Source: Lama guanicoe
Taxonomy: Eukaryota
Assembly: GCA_013239625.1 (NCBI GenBank)
Contig: MU054400.1
Span: 1,099,146-1,163,145 of the forward strand
Length of the DNA stretch: 64,000 bases
Reading direction: 5' to 3'
In this document: positions 28,566-43,826 of the stretch, in pieces
How positions within the stretch are numbered: position 1 is the first letter of the stretch
Layout: every line of letters starts with the position of its first letter
Made by a program: the position numbers and the translations under genes
The notes under the pieces: model-generated
Database searches by the model: none
Seen by the model: only the letters and a program-made list of their open reading frames with translations
Told to the model about the DNA's origin: nothing

Positions 28566-29744
28566 TAGTTAAAGTTTAGTACATTTGAAATTTAAACAGT
28601 AAGAATTTGTACAGTGAAATAGAAAAAAACGTTCTTGTGTCTCTTACTTGTGTTTCTGATAGTTCCTAACTGTTATTGCTTGGCTCACATTGTCTCTCAC
28701 ATACAGGTGCATGTGCACACACACTTATAAATGTTTTTACACATGTTATAAATCTCGTGTCATCTGTTAGATTGTATGTTCCTAGGATTCTGTGTCTTGT
28801 CCAAAACAAATCCCCATTGCCCATTCAACTTGCTTCTTCACCTCCTTCCTTCTCTCTACAGATGTCCTCATTACCTTCTCAATCACTCAAGTTACGTAAC
28901 ATTTTCTCTCTGCTGTGTCTCCGGTTTGCCATTAAGTTTAGTCTTACCTTATTTTTTCACTGAGCTATTGAAGTAGCCTCCTTAATTGGCCCCTCTGCTT
29001 GCAGCTTTTTCCTTTATATTTTTCATATTGTTTCTACAATAATATTCCTGAATTAAAAAACTTACAGTGATTCACCAACCTTGTTGAATCAAGGCTAGAC
29101 ATAGGTTATGGTAGAGTACCTTAGCTCATCATCTCCATGTGCCCTTCAACCAGGCTACTAGCAGTTTGTCAAATGTACTGTGTTTATTACCTGTCTGTAC
29201 TATGCTTTTTCTCATGAGCTGTTACTTCCACTTGGAATATTCTTCTCTTCCTCACAGTAACTAAAAGCTATCTGCCAGGTAAAAATCTGTTAATTCTCAA
29301 CTGCTTAAATGCCATCTCCTTAATAGCGTCTTTCTCAACCCTTGTATCTTTAAAGCTCAGTTACATGTATATGTATAAAATTACTTCTTGAAAGCAGCAA
29401 ATAGCCCTGTTACGTGACTTCCTTTCTTCAGTACACATTTATTGAATGCCTGCTTTTGAATGGTGCCTTACCAGAGCTGAGGATAGAGATGAATGCCTTA
29501 ATTACTGACCACAAGGAGCTAACAGTTTAGAGAAGGAGTTACAGATAGAAAAGTACACTACTCACCCAAACACTTCTTCCTGTGACTTTAGATTTTTTTA
29601 AAATACAGCTTCTGGGCAAAGAAGTTTTGTTTTGGGGAGATTTACTTAGGCATTACCATGTTACTCTAAAATGTATTCTTTTTATCTTCTAGTCTTTATG
29701 TAGTAGTAATCGTAGTAGAACTCTGGTTACATTTTAAAAAACAA

Positions 29745-30720
29745 CAGCTTTATTGAGATATAATTCATATACCATAAAATTTTCCCTATTAAGGTATGCA
29801 AATAAGTGTTTGTTTTTTTTTTTTAGTATTTTCAGAATTGTATAACCATCATTACCATCTAATTCCAGAACAATTTCATCACCTCAAGAGGAAGCCCAGT
29901 GCCCATTAGCAGTCACTCTCTATTTTCCCCTTCCTCCCAGCCCCTGGCAACCACTAAATCTGCTGTCTGTCTCTATGAATTTGCCTATTCTGGAATATCA
30001 TATAAATGGAATAATACAATAGTCTTTTATATGTGATTATATATAAATATGTATGTGACTGGCTTATTTTACTTAGCATAATGTTTTCAAATGTTATCCA
30101 TGTTGTGTAAATGAAGTATTAGTACTTCTTTTTTTATGACTGAGTAGTTGCATTGCGTTGATACGCCATACCACATTTTGTTTATTCCATTCATCAGTTG
30201 ATGGACATTTTTGATGGTTTCCAGTTAGGGGCTATTAATAGTGCTGCTATGAACATTTGTATACAGGTTTCTGTGTGGACATCTGCTTTCAGTTTTCCTG
30301 GGTATATACATGGGAGTGGAATTGCTTGGGTCATATGGTAACTGTGTTTATTTAATCTTTTGAGGAATTGCCAGACTGTTTTTGAAAGTGGCTGCGTCAT
30401 TTTACAGTCCCACCTGTGCTGCGTGAAGGTTCCAAATTTTTCTACGTCCTTGCCAGCTTTTGTTATTATCTGTCTTTTTGGTTATATACATCTTTGTGGG
30501 TATGCAGTGGTCTCTTATTGTGGGTTTTTGGGGGGGCATGGGTAATTAGGTTTATTTATTTAATTAATTAAATTTAATTTAATTTTTTATGGAGGTACTG
30601 GGGATTGAATCCAGGACCTTGTGCATGTTAGGCATGCACTCTACCACTGAGCTATAGCCTCCCCTCTCTTATGGAGGTTTTGATGTGCATTTCCCTAGTT
30701 ACTAATAATATTAAATATTT
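29745..30720 (-). mobile_element. L1MB-type 3' fragment
   Basis: cagctttattgagatataattcatataccat start; ORF2 C-terminal peptide QMFIAALL. Confidence 0.8.
30530..30664 (-). mobile_element. Vic-1-like SINE nested in L1
   Basis: tRNA-like head; degenerate TSD TCTCTTAT.G.GG.TTT. Confidence 0.85.
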
Positions 30721-31489
30721 TATGTTTCTGAGGAGAGAGATCTCCCTTACAAAGTTTTACTTTGTTTTATTTGCCTGGTGATTTTTTTATTGGCAACAAC
30801 AAATATTTTAAATACCCCTTTGTGTAAGATACTATTAGCAATATGATTTAAAAAACTCTCAATCCTATTTCATTAGTTCTCATATTATTCACTGCTTCAT
30901 TGATTCATTCAGAAAACTTGTTTACAATCCCAAATTGTTGCCATTGTAGTTTTTTGCTGGGATTTTTCTATTTATTTGATTAGTATGAAGCACTGATAAG
31001 TGCCTGGTACTGTGCCCACTGTTCTCATAGCACTCACTCATTACAAAAGAGGAGATCAAGACTCCCAAGCTCCTTTCCTGTGTGGGCTTGTTGAAATGTT
31101 TTTGTTCTCTAATTGCAGATAGCTCCCTTAAACTTTGTCTGGGGTCTCCATCGGGGATTGGGCTGTGGCCTTGGTGCTGACTCCCTCCCTATCCAGAGAA
31201 GAGTCAGACATAGAGCCCTAGACAGATAGTTCGACGCTTCCTATGACTTTGACATGTTTGCCCTTGCATTACTGTATAAACTTGATTTTTCAGCTAAAAA
31301 TTCATCAAAGTAAGCAAGTATGATATACATAAACCCTTGAACCCAGGGTCCAGAAAGCTTTCATTGAATGTGATGGTGGTGGCCTCAGTAGTGGATGGTG
31401 GCCCTTAGTGTTATAATTTAGAGCAGATTATGATTCAGTCATTCATGGGCTGGAATTGCTGTATAATAAATAGCTGTTCAATCTTGAAC

Positions 31490-31640
31490 AGATTTCTTAA
31501 ATTATCCAAGCCTCCATTTCCTCATCTGTAAAATGGGGATAATTAGCTTTTAAGGTTGTTATAAGGATTAAATAAAATAATATGTCTATAATGTCTACTC
31601 TGGTTCCTGGTACTCCATGAATGTTAGATGCTGTTATTAT
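31490..31640 (+). mobile_element. MIR remnant
   Basis: gcctccatttcctcatctgtaaaatggggataat core. Confidence 0.75.
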
Positions 31641-31722
31641 TGTACACTCAAACCACAGTCTTACTTTTTCACTGTAATATTTCTGCTGTTTTTTCCCTCT
31701 TTTTTGCTATGTTCCAAGTATT

Positions 31723-31870
31723 CTTTATTTTTTTCAATATATTTTTATTGAAGTATAATCAGTTTATAATGTGTCAGTTTCTGGTATAGCACAGTACTTC
31801 AGTCATATAGGAACATACATATATTTGTTTTCATATTTTTCAACGTAAGTTACTACATATTTTAATTTTT
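31723..31870 (-). mobile_element. Very short L1 3'-end insertion
   Basis: Perfect 13-bp TSD TGTTCCAAGTATT at 31710 and 31871; tattgaagtata L1 3' terminus. Confidence 0.85.
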
Positions 31871-32360
31871 TGTTCCAAGTATTATATATTACTTTGGTAA
31901 TTAAAAAATAAAAGCTTAATAAAATATTTATAAAAACTTTTTATAAAAAAAGAAAAGAAATTTTCAATTGTTCTTGGAAGTAAAACTTCAGAGACTTGTG
32001 TTTACAGGCAGTGGGAAGTTGGTAACAGCCTCAGTTTTTGGTGGAGGAAATCAGTTGCAAAACTGAATTTCCTCCATAGTTAGAAGCAGCAGTCTTTGCC
32101 CAGTGCTGTTTTCTCACTGTTCTGTTAGTAGTAGAAAGGAGGCCCTCTAATCCCCCACATGCTTTTCTGGGGCCCAGTAGCTGGCTCAGGGCTGGGTAAG
32201 TTGAACTTCTTGATTTTTGCGTTTCCAGGCTTCTCTTGTGTTCTTTGAAACTGGAAGGCTTGGGGAAGACCAGAGATCCTTTATTATGTTTCTTCTACTC
32301 TAAAATTCTTGTCTTATCATGGTAGGCCTCTTTCTTCTTCGTTCCCCTTCTTCTTTATTC

Positions 32361-32534
32361 TTTTGGTTTTTTGTTTATTTGGTTTTGTTTTTCGGGCTGG
32401 AGGTAAACCAACCCATCTATCTTATCTATCTATCTATCTATCTATCTGTCTATCTAATGGAGGTACTGGGGATTGAACCCAGGACCTTGTACATGCTAGG
32501 CATGCACTCTATCACTGAGCTATATCCTCCCCCA
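32361..32534 (-). mobile_element. Vic-1-like SINE with internal (TCTA)n
   Basis: TSD CTTCTTCTTTATTC at 32347 and 32535. Confidence 0.87.
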
Positions 32535-32765
32535 CTTCTTCTTTATTCCTTAATGAGGCTCCAACCCTGAATGTGCACACATTGTTTAGCTTTGCTGCCT
32601 TTGGGTAAATACCAGAGGTTTTGTTTTCTCCTGTCCTAGGTGAATTTTGTTTTATATAATAGGTATATTTTTTCTAAGTATGTAAGTGAAAGTTTTATAA
32701 ATTGTTCCATAACATATTGTTAAGGAATCATAAAGTGAATCCTTACACAATTTGTACTGTAAAAT

Positions 32766-33640
32766 CTTTTTTTTTGAGATAATGTTGGTTTATAATATTA
32801 TACAAGTTTCATGTATGCTGCATTGTATTTTGACTTCTGTATACACTGCAGCATGCTTACCACCAAAAGTTTAGTTTCTGCCTGTCATCACACTGTTGAC
32901 CCCTTTTATCCATTTTTTGCCCCCCTCCTTTCCCTCTGATAATCACTAACCTATTCTCTGTGTTTTTGTTTTGTTTGCTTGTGTGTGGGTGTACACACAA
33001 GTCTGCACATATGTGAAATCATACACATTTGTCTGTCACCTTCTGACTTACTTCACTTAGCATAATGCTCTCAAGTTCTGTCCATGTTATTGCAAATGGC
33101 AAGATTTCATCCTTTTTAAAAAAAAATTAGCTGAATAGTATTCCATTGTATGTATATACCACATCTTTATCTGTTCATCTGTCGATGGGCACTTAGGTTG
33201 TACCACATCTTGGCTGTTGTAAATAATACTGTGACAAACACAGGGGTGCATATATCTTTTTGAATTAGTATTTGTGTATTCTTTGGATAAATACCTGAAA
33301 GTGGAATTGCTGTATCATTTGGAAATTCTATTCTTAATTTTTTGAGGAATTTTCATACTGTTTCCATAGTGGCTGCACCAGTTGACACTCCTGCCAACAG
33401 TATGTAGAAGGTTCCCTTTTCTCCACATCCTCTCCAACATTTGTTATTTCCTGCCTTTTTGATAATAGCTACTCTGATGGATGTGAGCTAATACCTCATT
33501 GTGGTTTTGATTTGCATTTCCTTAATAATTAGTGATGTTGAACATCTTTTCCTGTGCCTGTTGGCCATCTGGAAGTCTTCTTTGGAAGAATGTCTATTCA
33601 GATCCTCTGGCCGTTTTTAATCAGGTTGTTTTTTGTTGAG
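32766..33640 (-). mobile_element. 5'-truncated L1
   Basis: Poly-T, then L1 3'UTR and ORF2 end; degenerate TSD TTTGT(A/G)CTGTAAA. Confidence 0.85.
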
Positions 33641-33734
33641 TTTGTGCTGTAAAGTTTTAATTTGATATGTCTAGATTTCTTAATAAGCAGTTTTCCTGCA
33701 TTCAGAGTACAATCTATTCATTATAATCTGGTAT

Positions 33735-33950
33735 TGGTTAGTGCATAGAATCTGTTGTCAGACTGCTTGGGTTCAGATCCGGGCTCTCCTATTTAACAAC
33801 TTGCTGACCTTGGGCATAGCCCTTGTAAAGTGAGGATAACAGTAGTACCTGCTTTAAAGGGTTGTTGAGAAAATGTAGAGAATTAACACACAAAAAGTGC
33901 TTAGAATCACTCATGGTACATTGTGCTTCTAAACTATTAGGGGCCATTGT
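33735..33950 (+). mobile_element. MIR remnant
   Basis: cagactgcttgggttcagatcc, tgaccttgggca and aaagtgcttagaa motifs. Confidence 0.7.
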
Positions 33951-34457
33951 TACTGTTGAGCATAGAACCTGTTTAGGGTGTTGTGCTAGATAATGGAGAC
34001 CTTAAGAAAGTCTAAAGCCCAGTTGCTGCTCACGAGAGGCTGGTGATAGTACTGGGGAAATGTGTAGAGGAAGTCAGAGCTACGTATGGTCACATGTGCT
34101 CAGAATCAGATGATAGAGACAGACTCTGTGTAAGGATTCTGGAAGCAGTGGGCCATCAGGAAGGCTTCTTGAGGAGACTGCGTCCTGTCTGAGCCACCAG
34201 TGAAGGATTCCAGGAAGGGAAATGGCCTGAGGGGAGAGAAGCAAGGGAAGTGGCCAGGTACGTTTGGCCTGGTAGGATTAGAATTGGTGGGAGCTCTTTG
34301 TAATTAATTTCTAGAAATAACCAGGGAGTTTGATCAAATTATATAAGATTAGGAAGCCTTAGGTTTCTGGGTGGGGATCATCCCATACACCGTAAATGCT
34401 GCTTTGCTGTGTTCTCGTGTGTCAGTGAGGAAGAAGTGAATTGGGTGGGGGAACTGA

Positions 34458-35477
<1,020 letters not shown>

Positions 35478-38400
35478 TAAAAGCGCCGAAGATTTCTAAA
35501 TTCTGCCTAGCAGTTGCCACCCTCACATTCCTCTTTTCAAGGTTTAGGGCAGGATGGGGCGTGGCCAAGTTGACCTTGCTTATATAAGTATGTGTAGTTC
35601 TGGTTATTTTTCTGAGGACAAGGATTATTACCTTTGCACCTAATCTGGTTAATGTTGGCTTGTTCTTCCCTGTATCTTTTTGGTCTTTTTCTTCAAAAAG
35701 ATAATTTGTACCATGTGAATGATATTTTCCTGCCTAATCAGGTTCTTCTTTTCTGTACTGCCATGTCTTGTGTTTGCATTTTTTAAAGGCTGGGTTTCTC
35801 TGTACCTTTTTACTTTTTCAACTGATACCTTTCTTAATTTTTTTTTAAGGTTGCTTGGCATTCCTCATTATATCTTCTTCTTGCCTTTGTCTCTCCATCT
35901 CATTCTGCCCTGAAGTTTGGTTCTTGAGTTTACTATGGTTTGACCAATTTGGGGTTATGTTTCTTCAGACTGGGCAGTACTTGAGTCACTGGGGCATAAT
36001 TTGTATTGTATGAGCAAGTGGTAGATATTAGTCATTTTTAAACCTGTAGGTTTTAATATTGCTTTAATTTAAATTTAAAATGGCTTTAATTTAATATTGC
36101 AGTTGCTTTTTTTTTTCTTACTACTAAGAATCGTACGTTTTTTTCCAAAGGGCAAAGAGAGAGAATGATTGGAACTCAGATTCAGTGTTGAAGGATAGGT
36201 TGATACAAAGTTGAAATTTGAATCATCTTGAAGAAAATCTGATTTTGTCACGTACAAAAATGTTGCACATATAGTAAGATTACTTTATTTGATGTGGTTG
36301 TTTTAGCAGCACAGAAAAATCCATTATTGCATTATAGAATAGAAATCATAGGAGTCCAAGAACCTTTTGCTACACTAGCTCACAGATTCTCTAAATGACA
36401 GCATATCAAGACAATATTAGGGCCAGAAAGGAGCCTGTCGTATTGGTGGGATATCTCAGAAACGATAACAAGCCTGCTGTTGGCTGGTGGAAACCATGAG
36501 CCTTCACCTGCCTTACAAAGATTGCAAGGCCCCAGCAACAGCATTCTTGATGAGTGATTGTCTCTGTGAGTGCTTCCATCGTCAGCATACTGCTGCCTGT
36601 AAAATTCCATGAACCTTGGCCCAGATAAACTTGACAGGGTGCATAACATCTCCTGGGAATGGGCCTCATCCTAATTTTCTCCTGGTTTGTGGTTGGGCTC
36701 TGGTCAGCAGGATACTCTATTGCTTTAGAGAAATTAAAAGCACTCTGGGAAAGATTAGGGATCCTCAGCCACCCCACCCCACACTTCTAACTTAGAGTGT
36801 TGGAATAAACCAATTAGAGACCAAAGCCAGTGAACTAATTGCAGAGGGTCTTTCTCAGACCAGAACACTCGTCATTCTTTGACCGACCATTTTAGGGAGG
36901 GAAAGTGACTGCTTCATCCTGGCGTGGCGACTTTCTGCCTTGAGGAGGCAGATATAAACAGAGCTGGAGTTTTGGTGATCTTTAAAAGAAGTCATGACCC
37001 TTACCCTCAGGTTGCAAAGTCTAGTTCTTGTCCTGGCGCTCTATTTTACTGTCTTTGAAGCCCACAGTAAGAACCTTTCCCAGTGAGAGAAGCACTTCTC
37101 TCCAGGATAGTTAGTGACTTGAGGCAGGGGGTGGTGATGGTCAGTTGGGCTGTATACACCCTTCACATAGGAACTCCCAGGGGAGTGTTCCTGGAATTTG
37201 GTTCTTGTCAGCTATATCAGGCCCAGTATTTGGATCTCATTTTTCAGATTTTGATTTCATGTTTTACTCATCTTAGAAGTTGAGAAATCCATGGGACCAT
37301 CTTGAAAGGAACAGTCTTGTGATGTGCCCTTATTCTGTGTCCAGCATAGAACTGCCTGACCCAGCCCTTGCCCATGTCTATTCCTACTGCCTCTCTACCT
37401 TTCAAGGGGCCTTGCTCTGCTCTCGAGTTAGGCTCATTCTGCCATTGGGTTCTCTTTCTCCAGGTATGGATATACATTCCCTTGTCTTTCAGTTACTTCA
37501 GCAAAATATTTCTGCCTTTTCCCTTATATTTCTAAGTTCTCGATTTACTAATTGTGGCCAAGAAGCATACAAATAGTGCGAGTTTGCTCTTAAATTCTAT
37601 TTTAAATAATTTTCGATAGAGTCTCTGAGCTTTTCAGTGTTTGAATCTGTTGATCGTTTCTCATGTTATCATTGCTTTAATACTTTTACGGAGTCCTCCA
37701 TGTCTAGATTTAAAAAATGAATTTATTTTTATGAAAGTAATACAAACATATTGAAATCAAGTAGCATTTAAATGGTTTATACTGAAAAACAGTAGCTCCC
37801 TGCCTCACTTCTCGCCAGTTCCAGTGTTGCTTCCCATAGTCAGGCACTTTTAACTCTTGGCTGTTTATGGTGGGATTTATCTCTGTTTCTAAATAAGATG
37901 CTTATATTGCTTTTTCTAAATTTATTAATTTTAGACAGTCTAATACTTGTTATGGTAACTGAGGATTTAGCTCTTATAGAGTAGCTCCTCCACCTTCTTC
38001 CTGTATCCTTCATCATATTTATATCACAAATTTGGGTCAGTTAATGTTATTATTCCCATTATTTTGATTAGGTAAATATTCATTAATGAATTGAGATGGT
38101 GTGATGTGATGATTGTGGTATTTTTGGTAGCATTTTGTTTCTCTTAGTTTAACTGCCTCAATCTAAAAATTTTCTGTAGTTTCTTTGTACCTGTGGTTGA
38201 TTTTGTCCAAATGCTCTAAGAGAGCTGTCAAAGACCTAATGATAGTTTTTCATTCAAATACTTTCAAATATTTGGTTATCCTATTTTTAATCCTTAAATA
38301 TCCAAAAATGTCTTAATTTTTCCCTCATGTGGGAATAATAGTTTGGCTGGATTTAGATTTCTTAGGTGAAGATCGTTTTCCTTCAAGAATTTTCAAGACA

Positions 38401-40129
38401 TTGCTCCCTTAAAAAGAAAAAAACAACTCTAAAATTGAAGTAGAAGCTCCACTGATTTCTAGCACTCCTGTGCTATTCCGATTTCTACCCCTACCCCTGC
38501 AAGCTTTTGAAAAGGATCTTTTTCATTTCTGGATATTTGAAATTTACCAGTGATGGGACTTGTTCATTCATTATGCTAGGCCGTCTGTATCCTTTCAAAC
38601 TAAGGCTCAGCTCAGTTTTCAAAACCTGTTTTTTTTTTAATATGATACTTTTATGTTTTCTCTGGCCTTTTTCTGGAATTTCTATAAGCTGGATGTTGGA
38701 CCTTCTTGACTGTTCTAATTTGATTTTTTTTTCCCCTATTTAAAAAAAAATCTCTTAGGCTGTGTTTTACTTTCTGGGCTATATCCTTGACTATCTTACA
38801 ATTTTTTTTTTAAATCTCATAATCTTTTAGATAAAAATTTTACTTTATTTTAAATTTCCAAGTGCTTTGTCTTTTCCCTTTCTTGGTTTGGTGTCTTTGG
38901 CTTTCTATTCATGGATAAGAGTGAGGCACTAAAATAAAAAAGGGTGGGGGGAATGTATGTTGGGGCATGCTTGCTGATCATTAAGTTTCACTGAAGTTTG
39001 AAGGTTAGTTGGTTTTGAGAGGAGCTCTGCAAAACGTCGACATGTGAAGGTTTTGGAGACTATTATAGCTTATCCAGAGAATTCTGCTTGAGGGGTAAAG
39101 AAGGTGGGGGAATGCTGGTGTAAACTTACTTAAACCCCCTTTTGGTTCTTGTGCCTCACTCTGCCATGTGCTGTGCCTGGTGCCCTTAGTCCTTTTTGGT
39201 GTCAGGTTCACATATTCTGGATACTAAACCTTTTGCCTCCTGCAGAATGTGGGGTGGGGAAGGTCTGCTTGAAGGTTTTCTGCTCTGATCACTGCCTTTG
39301 TGCCTTACCTTATCCCAACAGTACCTGGTGCTTTCAAATGCTGAATCCCTCTCAGGAGTCTCCGGGGGCTGGTAGACTGACTCTCCCATCTCCCATTTAC
39401 TTGTAACTTCATTGCTTCTGCCAGTTACTCTGACTCCATTAGTATTCCACATTCTAAAATTTCACTGAAATATATTATCCACTGCTGTTCCCTTTTTCTT
39501 TAACCTGAAAGGTTAATGCAGTTTTAATTGTTTTATTATTTTAGTAGGCTTGGGGGTGGTGTGTGTATGGAGACATTCAGTGTCAATTTACTGTGTTAAA
39601 TGAAATCCCCGCTTCGAAATCCTACTAGACCTCCATTTATTCAATAACTGTTGTCTAGGGCCCTGTAAGTGCCAAGCTCAGAGCCAGGCCCTGGGGATTC
39701 ATCAATGCATGTGACATGGTAACTAACCTCTAGGAGCTCATACTGTGTGTAATAGGTACTATGCCAGCAGTGTGACCAAAACGCTGTTTGGCTGTTGGTC
39801 TTCTCGAGCCCAGGTAGATCCTGTCCCTGAAAAGAGACAATCCTGGGGCTGCACAGGTGTGATCCAGTCCTCATGCCCTGTCATGACTTCGTAACCTAAA
39901 GACTGAGCCCTGTGACTGGTCTGCCCAGAGTGTGCTGTGGATGAGACGATTAGGAAGAAACAGCAGGCTTTTAGACCTGTAGAATCTTGGCTTTTCTCAG
40001 CTGACTTGGAGGAGAGCATCTGGTCACAGCTATATAATTTTGAATATGCTCTGAGGATAGTAGGCTTCCTGCATTCTAACCCCCTTCTTCCCCCATCTGC
40101 CCCCTGCAAGGAAAACAAGTAAGGAAGTC

Positions 40130-41145
40130 AACCAGCTTTACAACATATGTTAAAGGAACTTACCTAGTCATCAAATAGCAAGAAGAGAGAACAAAAAGGA
40201 GAGAGAGAATAAAAAGACCTACAAAAGATTGCTTTGGCAATTCAGGGTCTTTTGTGGTTCCATATAAATTTTGGAATTGTTTATTCTAGTTCTGTGAGAA
40301 ATGTCATGATTATTTTGACCAGGAGTTGCACTGGATCTGTAGATTGGTTTGGGTAGTACGGCCATTTGGTCATTTTGATAATGTTGATTCTTCTAATTCA
40401 AGAGCACAAGATATCTTTCTGTTTCTTTGTATTATCAATTTCCTTCATCAATGTTTTACAGTTTTCAGAGTATAGGTAACCTCCTTGGTTAAGGTTAGTT
40501 CTAGGTATTCTGTTGTTTTTGATGCAAATGTGTATGCTAGTTATAAAATTCTGGTTTTTGAAGTAAAAAAAAAAGTGAATGAAGGGCCACAAATGGCAAT
40601 TTTTTTATGGGTGAGTTGTATTCCCTTGCATATATGTGCTGCATCTTTTTCCATTCATCTGTTGATGTGCACTTAGGATGCTTCTAGTCTTGGCAATTGT
40701 AAATAGTGCTGCTGTTAATAGTGGGGCATATGTATCTTTTTGAATTAATGTTTTTGTTTTTCTTGGGTATATGTGCAGGAGTGGAATTGCTGGGCCATGT
40801 GGTGGTTCTGTTTTTGAGTTTTTGAGAAACGTCCGTATTGTTTTCCACGGTGACTGCACCAATTTACATTCCCACCAACAGTGTACCAGGGTTCCTTTTT
40901 CTCCACATCCTTGCCAACATTTATGTGTTCTTTTTGATGATGGCCATTCTGACAGATGTGAGATGGTATCTCATTGTGATTTTGATTTGCATTTCCCTGA
41001 TATTGGTGATGCTGAGCAGCTTTTCATGTTCCTGTTGGCCATCTGCATTTCCTCTCTTGGAAAAATGTCTCTTCAGTTCTGCCCGTATTTTAAATGGGTT
41101 ATTTATTTACTTGTTTGCTTTTTAATTGAAGTACAGTTGATTTTT
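40130..41145. mobile_element. Mosaic of L1 fragments in mixed order and orientation
   Basis: ORF1 end (ccagctttacaacatatgttaaaggaactt) and spacer on +; ORF2 pieces and a 3' terminus on -. Confidence 0.7.
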
Positions 41146-41979
41146 AGAAAAGAAAAAATTCTCTTGAAATATATCCCCTGGTTTTTGGGAGCTGGGTCAG
41201 GCTGTCAAACAGCTTGTGACCTTGTTCCCACAGTGGTTCCATCCTTTGGCCTGGGAGTGAGCAGCCTTTTTGCCTAGAGCTTGGTTTATTACCAGAAGTG
41301 GTGGGGAGGGTTTAACCATGGGAATCTGTCCACCAGTCAGGTCTGGTCTGGTGGCAGGGAGCAGGCTGCCTATAGCCAGTGCAGTAGAGGCAGGGCCCTA
41401 CAGACCACGTTCCAGTCCTTGAGGGCACAGTCTAGAATGGCTCATAATCCTTCAGTCTTGGCTGTGGAGCACGGCAGCTGTTGCCAGGAATCAGAGCACA
41501 TTGCATGGTGTGGGGCAAAGGTGGAGTGTCGTCAAAGCTCAGGAGCCGCGAGCTGGCCATGTTTGGGAACAGTACAGGCAGTCTCCCCAGCCCAGTGATA
41601 GAAGTGAGGGTAGAGACATTATTGGGAGAGTCAGCTCCAGAGTTGGGGTGTTTGAGGTGAATGAGTTTAGGACTCTGAGATAGATACAGCAGCCTAGCAA
41701 AGCGATCGTGGAGCCCTGGAGAGAAATCATAGCCCGATTGGGCATCAGTCCCATATGCAGTCTTCAGAACTTTCTCCAGCTCAAGCCCAGGGGATTTGGG
41801 CATGGAAGGGCATCTGGCTCTTGTGCTTTCTCACCATGCAAGGTGGGATGAAGACAAGGACAGCCACCTTACAGGTGTCATCCCAGCTTTTCTCTCCCCA
41901 GCTGGAGCTCCCCTGCCCCTCTTCACTTCTCTTCAGGATGGCCAGAAACCTGGCCCTTTCTTCCAGACCGACTGCTTGA

Positions 41980-42438
<459 letters not shown>

Positions 42439-42983
42439 TGAGGAAACCAGCAGCCTCAGCAGCAATATTTTGCTTTGGGGGATGTTCTGGGACCTAGGCT
42501 GAGGGAAAGCCTTGGAAGTATTGGAGCTGTTGACTGTTAACCAGCTACCTACCCTCTTCTCTGAGAAGGCACACTAGGCTTAAGGTATGGTCATGTCATC
42601 TTCCAGAAATGTTTATCCTGTCAGAGCTGCCTGGGGAGTTCCAAAATAGTATACTGGAGCCCTAAGCCTTGGGGGCATTTTCTGACTTCGGCAGTTTCTT
42701 AGAATATCTTGCTAGGCTGTGAAACTGATGTCAGCTGGGAGATGTGAGTCAGCTTTGACAGGAACTCCTTTGAAAAATGGCTACTCATGTTTAGAAGGGT
42801 GTGCCTGTCAGGAGATAGTCACTGACGTCCTGCTGTGTTGGACACAGTTCAAGGTACAAAATCAAGTCCTGTCCAGGATCTAACACCCAGGATGGGGAGC
42901 AGATGTCATACTTGATGGCTTGTGTAAGACTCAAAGCACAGACAGGAGTGGCAGTAAATGTTTATACATTTTTCTTTTCTTAG

Positions 42984-43085
42984 ATTCTCGACTATCTCTT
43001 TGCACATGGACAGCTCTGTGAGAAGGGCTTTGACCCTCTTTTAGTGGAAGAGGCTCTGGAAATGCATCAGTGTTCAGAGGAGAAG
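42984..43085 (+). CDS. UBAP1: UBAP1 coding exon ([34 protein letters not shown])
   Basis: ttcttag|ATT...AAG|gtagga, 102 nt, in frame. Confidence 0.97.
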
Positions 43086-43685
43086 GTAGGAACCTTCATG
43101 CTTCATGGGAACCCTCTGGTTAATAAGGGGCAAAGTAGACTATCCTGGGGGTCCTCCTGGCTCACAACCCACATCCCTTCCAGTGACTACAGACAGTAGT
43201 TGCAGCAAAGAATCTCCTGTATCCAGACAGGCGTTTGGTTACTTTGAGTCTGTTTGGCTTAGATGAAGCATTGGGTTGAAGACTCCAGAATCCTGGCGTG
43301 GGGTGGCGGGAAGAGGGAAAAATGACCTGGGCAAAAAGCCCTGCTTCTGTATGACGGGGGTGACTGCTGATCTCTGCTGAGCCTGCTGCCTGGAGAGAAG
43401 CCACTTCTGGATTCCACATCCTGCCGGGCCAGGAGTATGGATGTGGATGGTGGGACCTGAGTGGCAGCGAGCTTGGGCCTCGGACTGGCTCCTGAAGGAT
43501 GACTGGCTGTGGCATCACCCTGTCCGTGCCGGCTTCCCCCATGGCCTCCTGTGCTTGCTCGGGGACCGCAGAGAAGCTCAGGCCAAGGACGCAGACGCCC
43601 TCAGGCAGCTCCACGCGTACTCCCTCCACTCAGCTGTGCTGTGTGGCCGGGCCCCTTGAGTCTGTGTTCTCTTCTTTTCCTTTAG

Positions 43686-43826
<141 letters not shown>

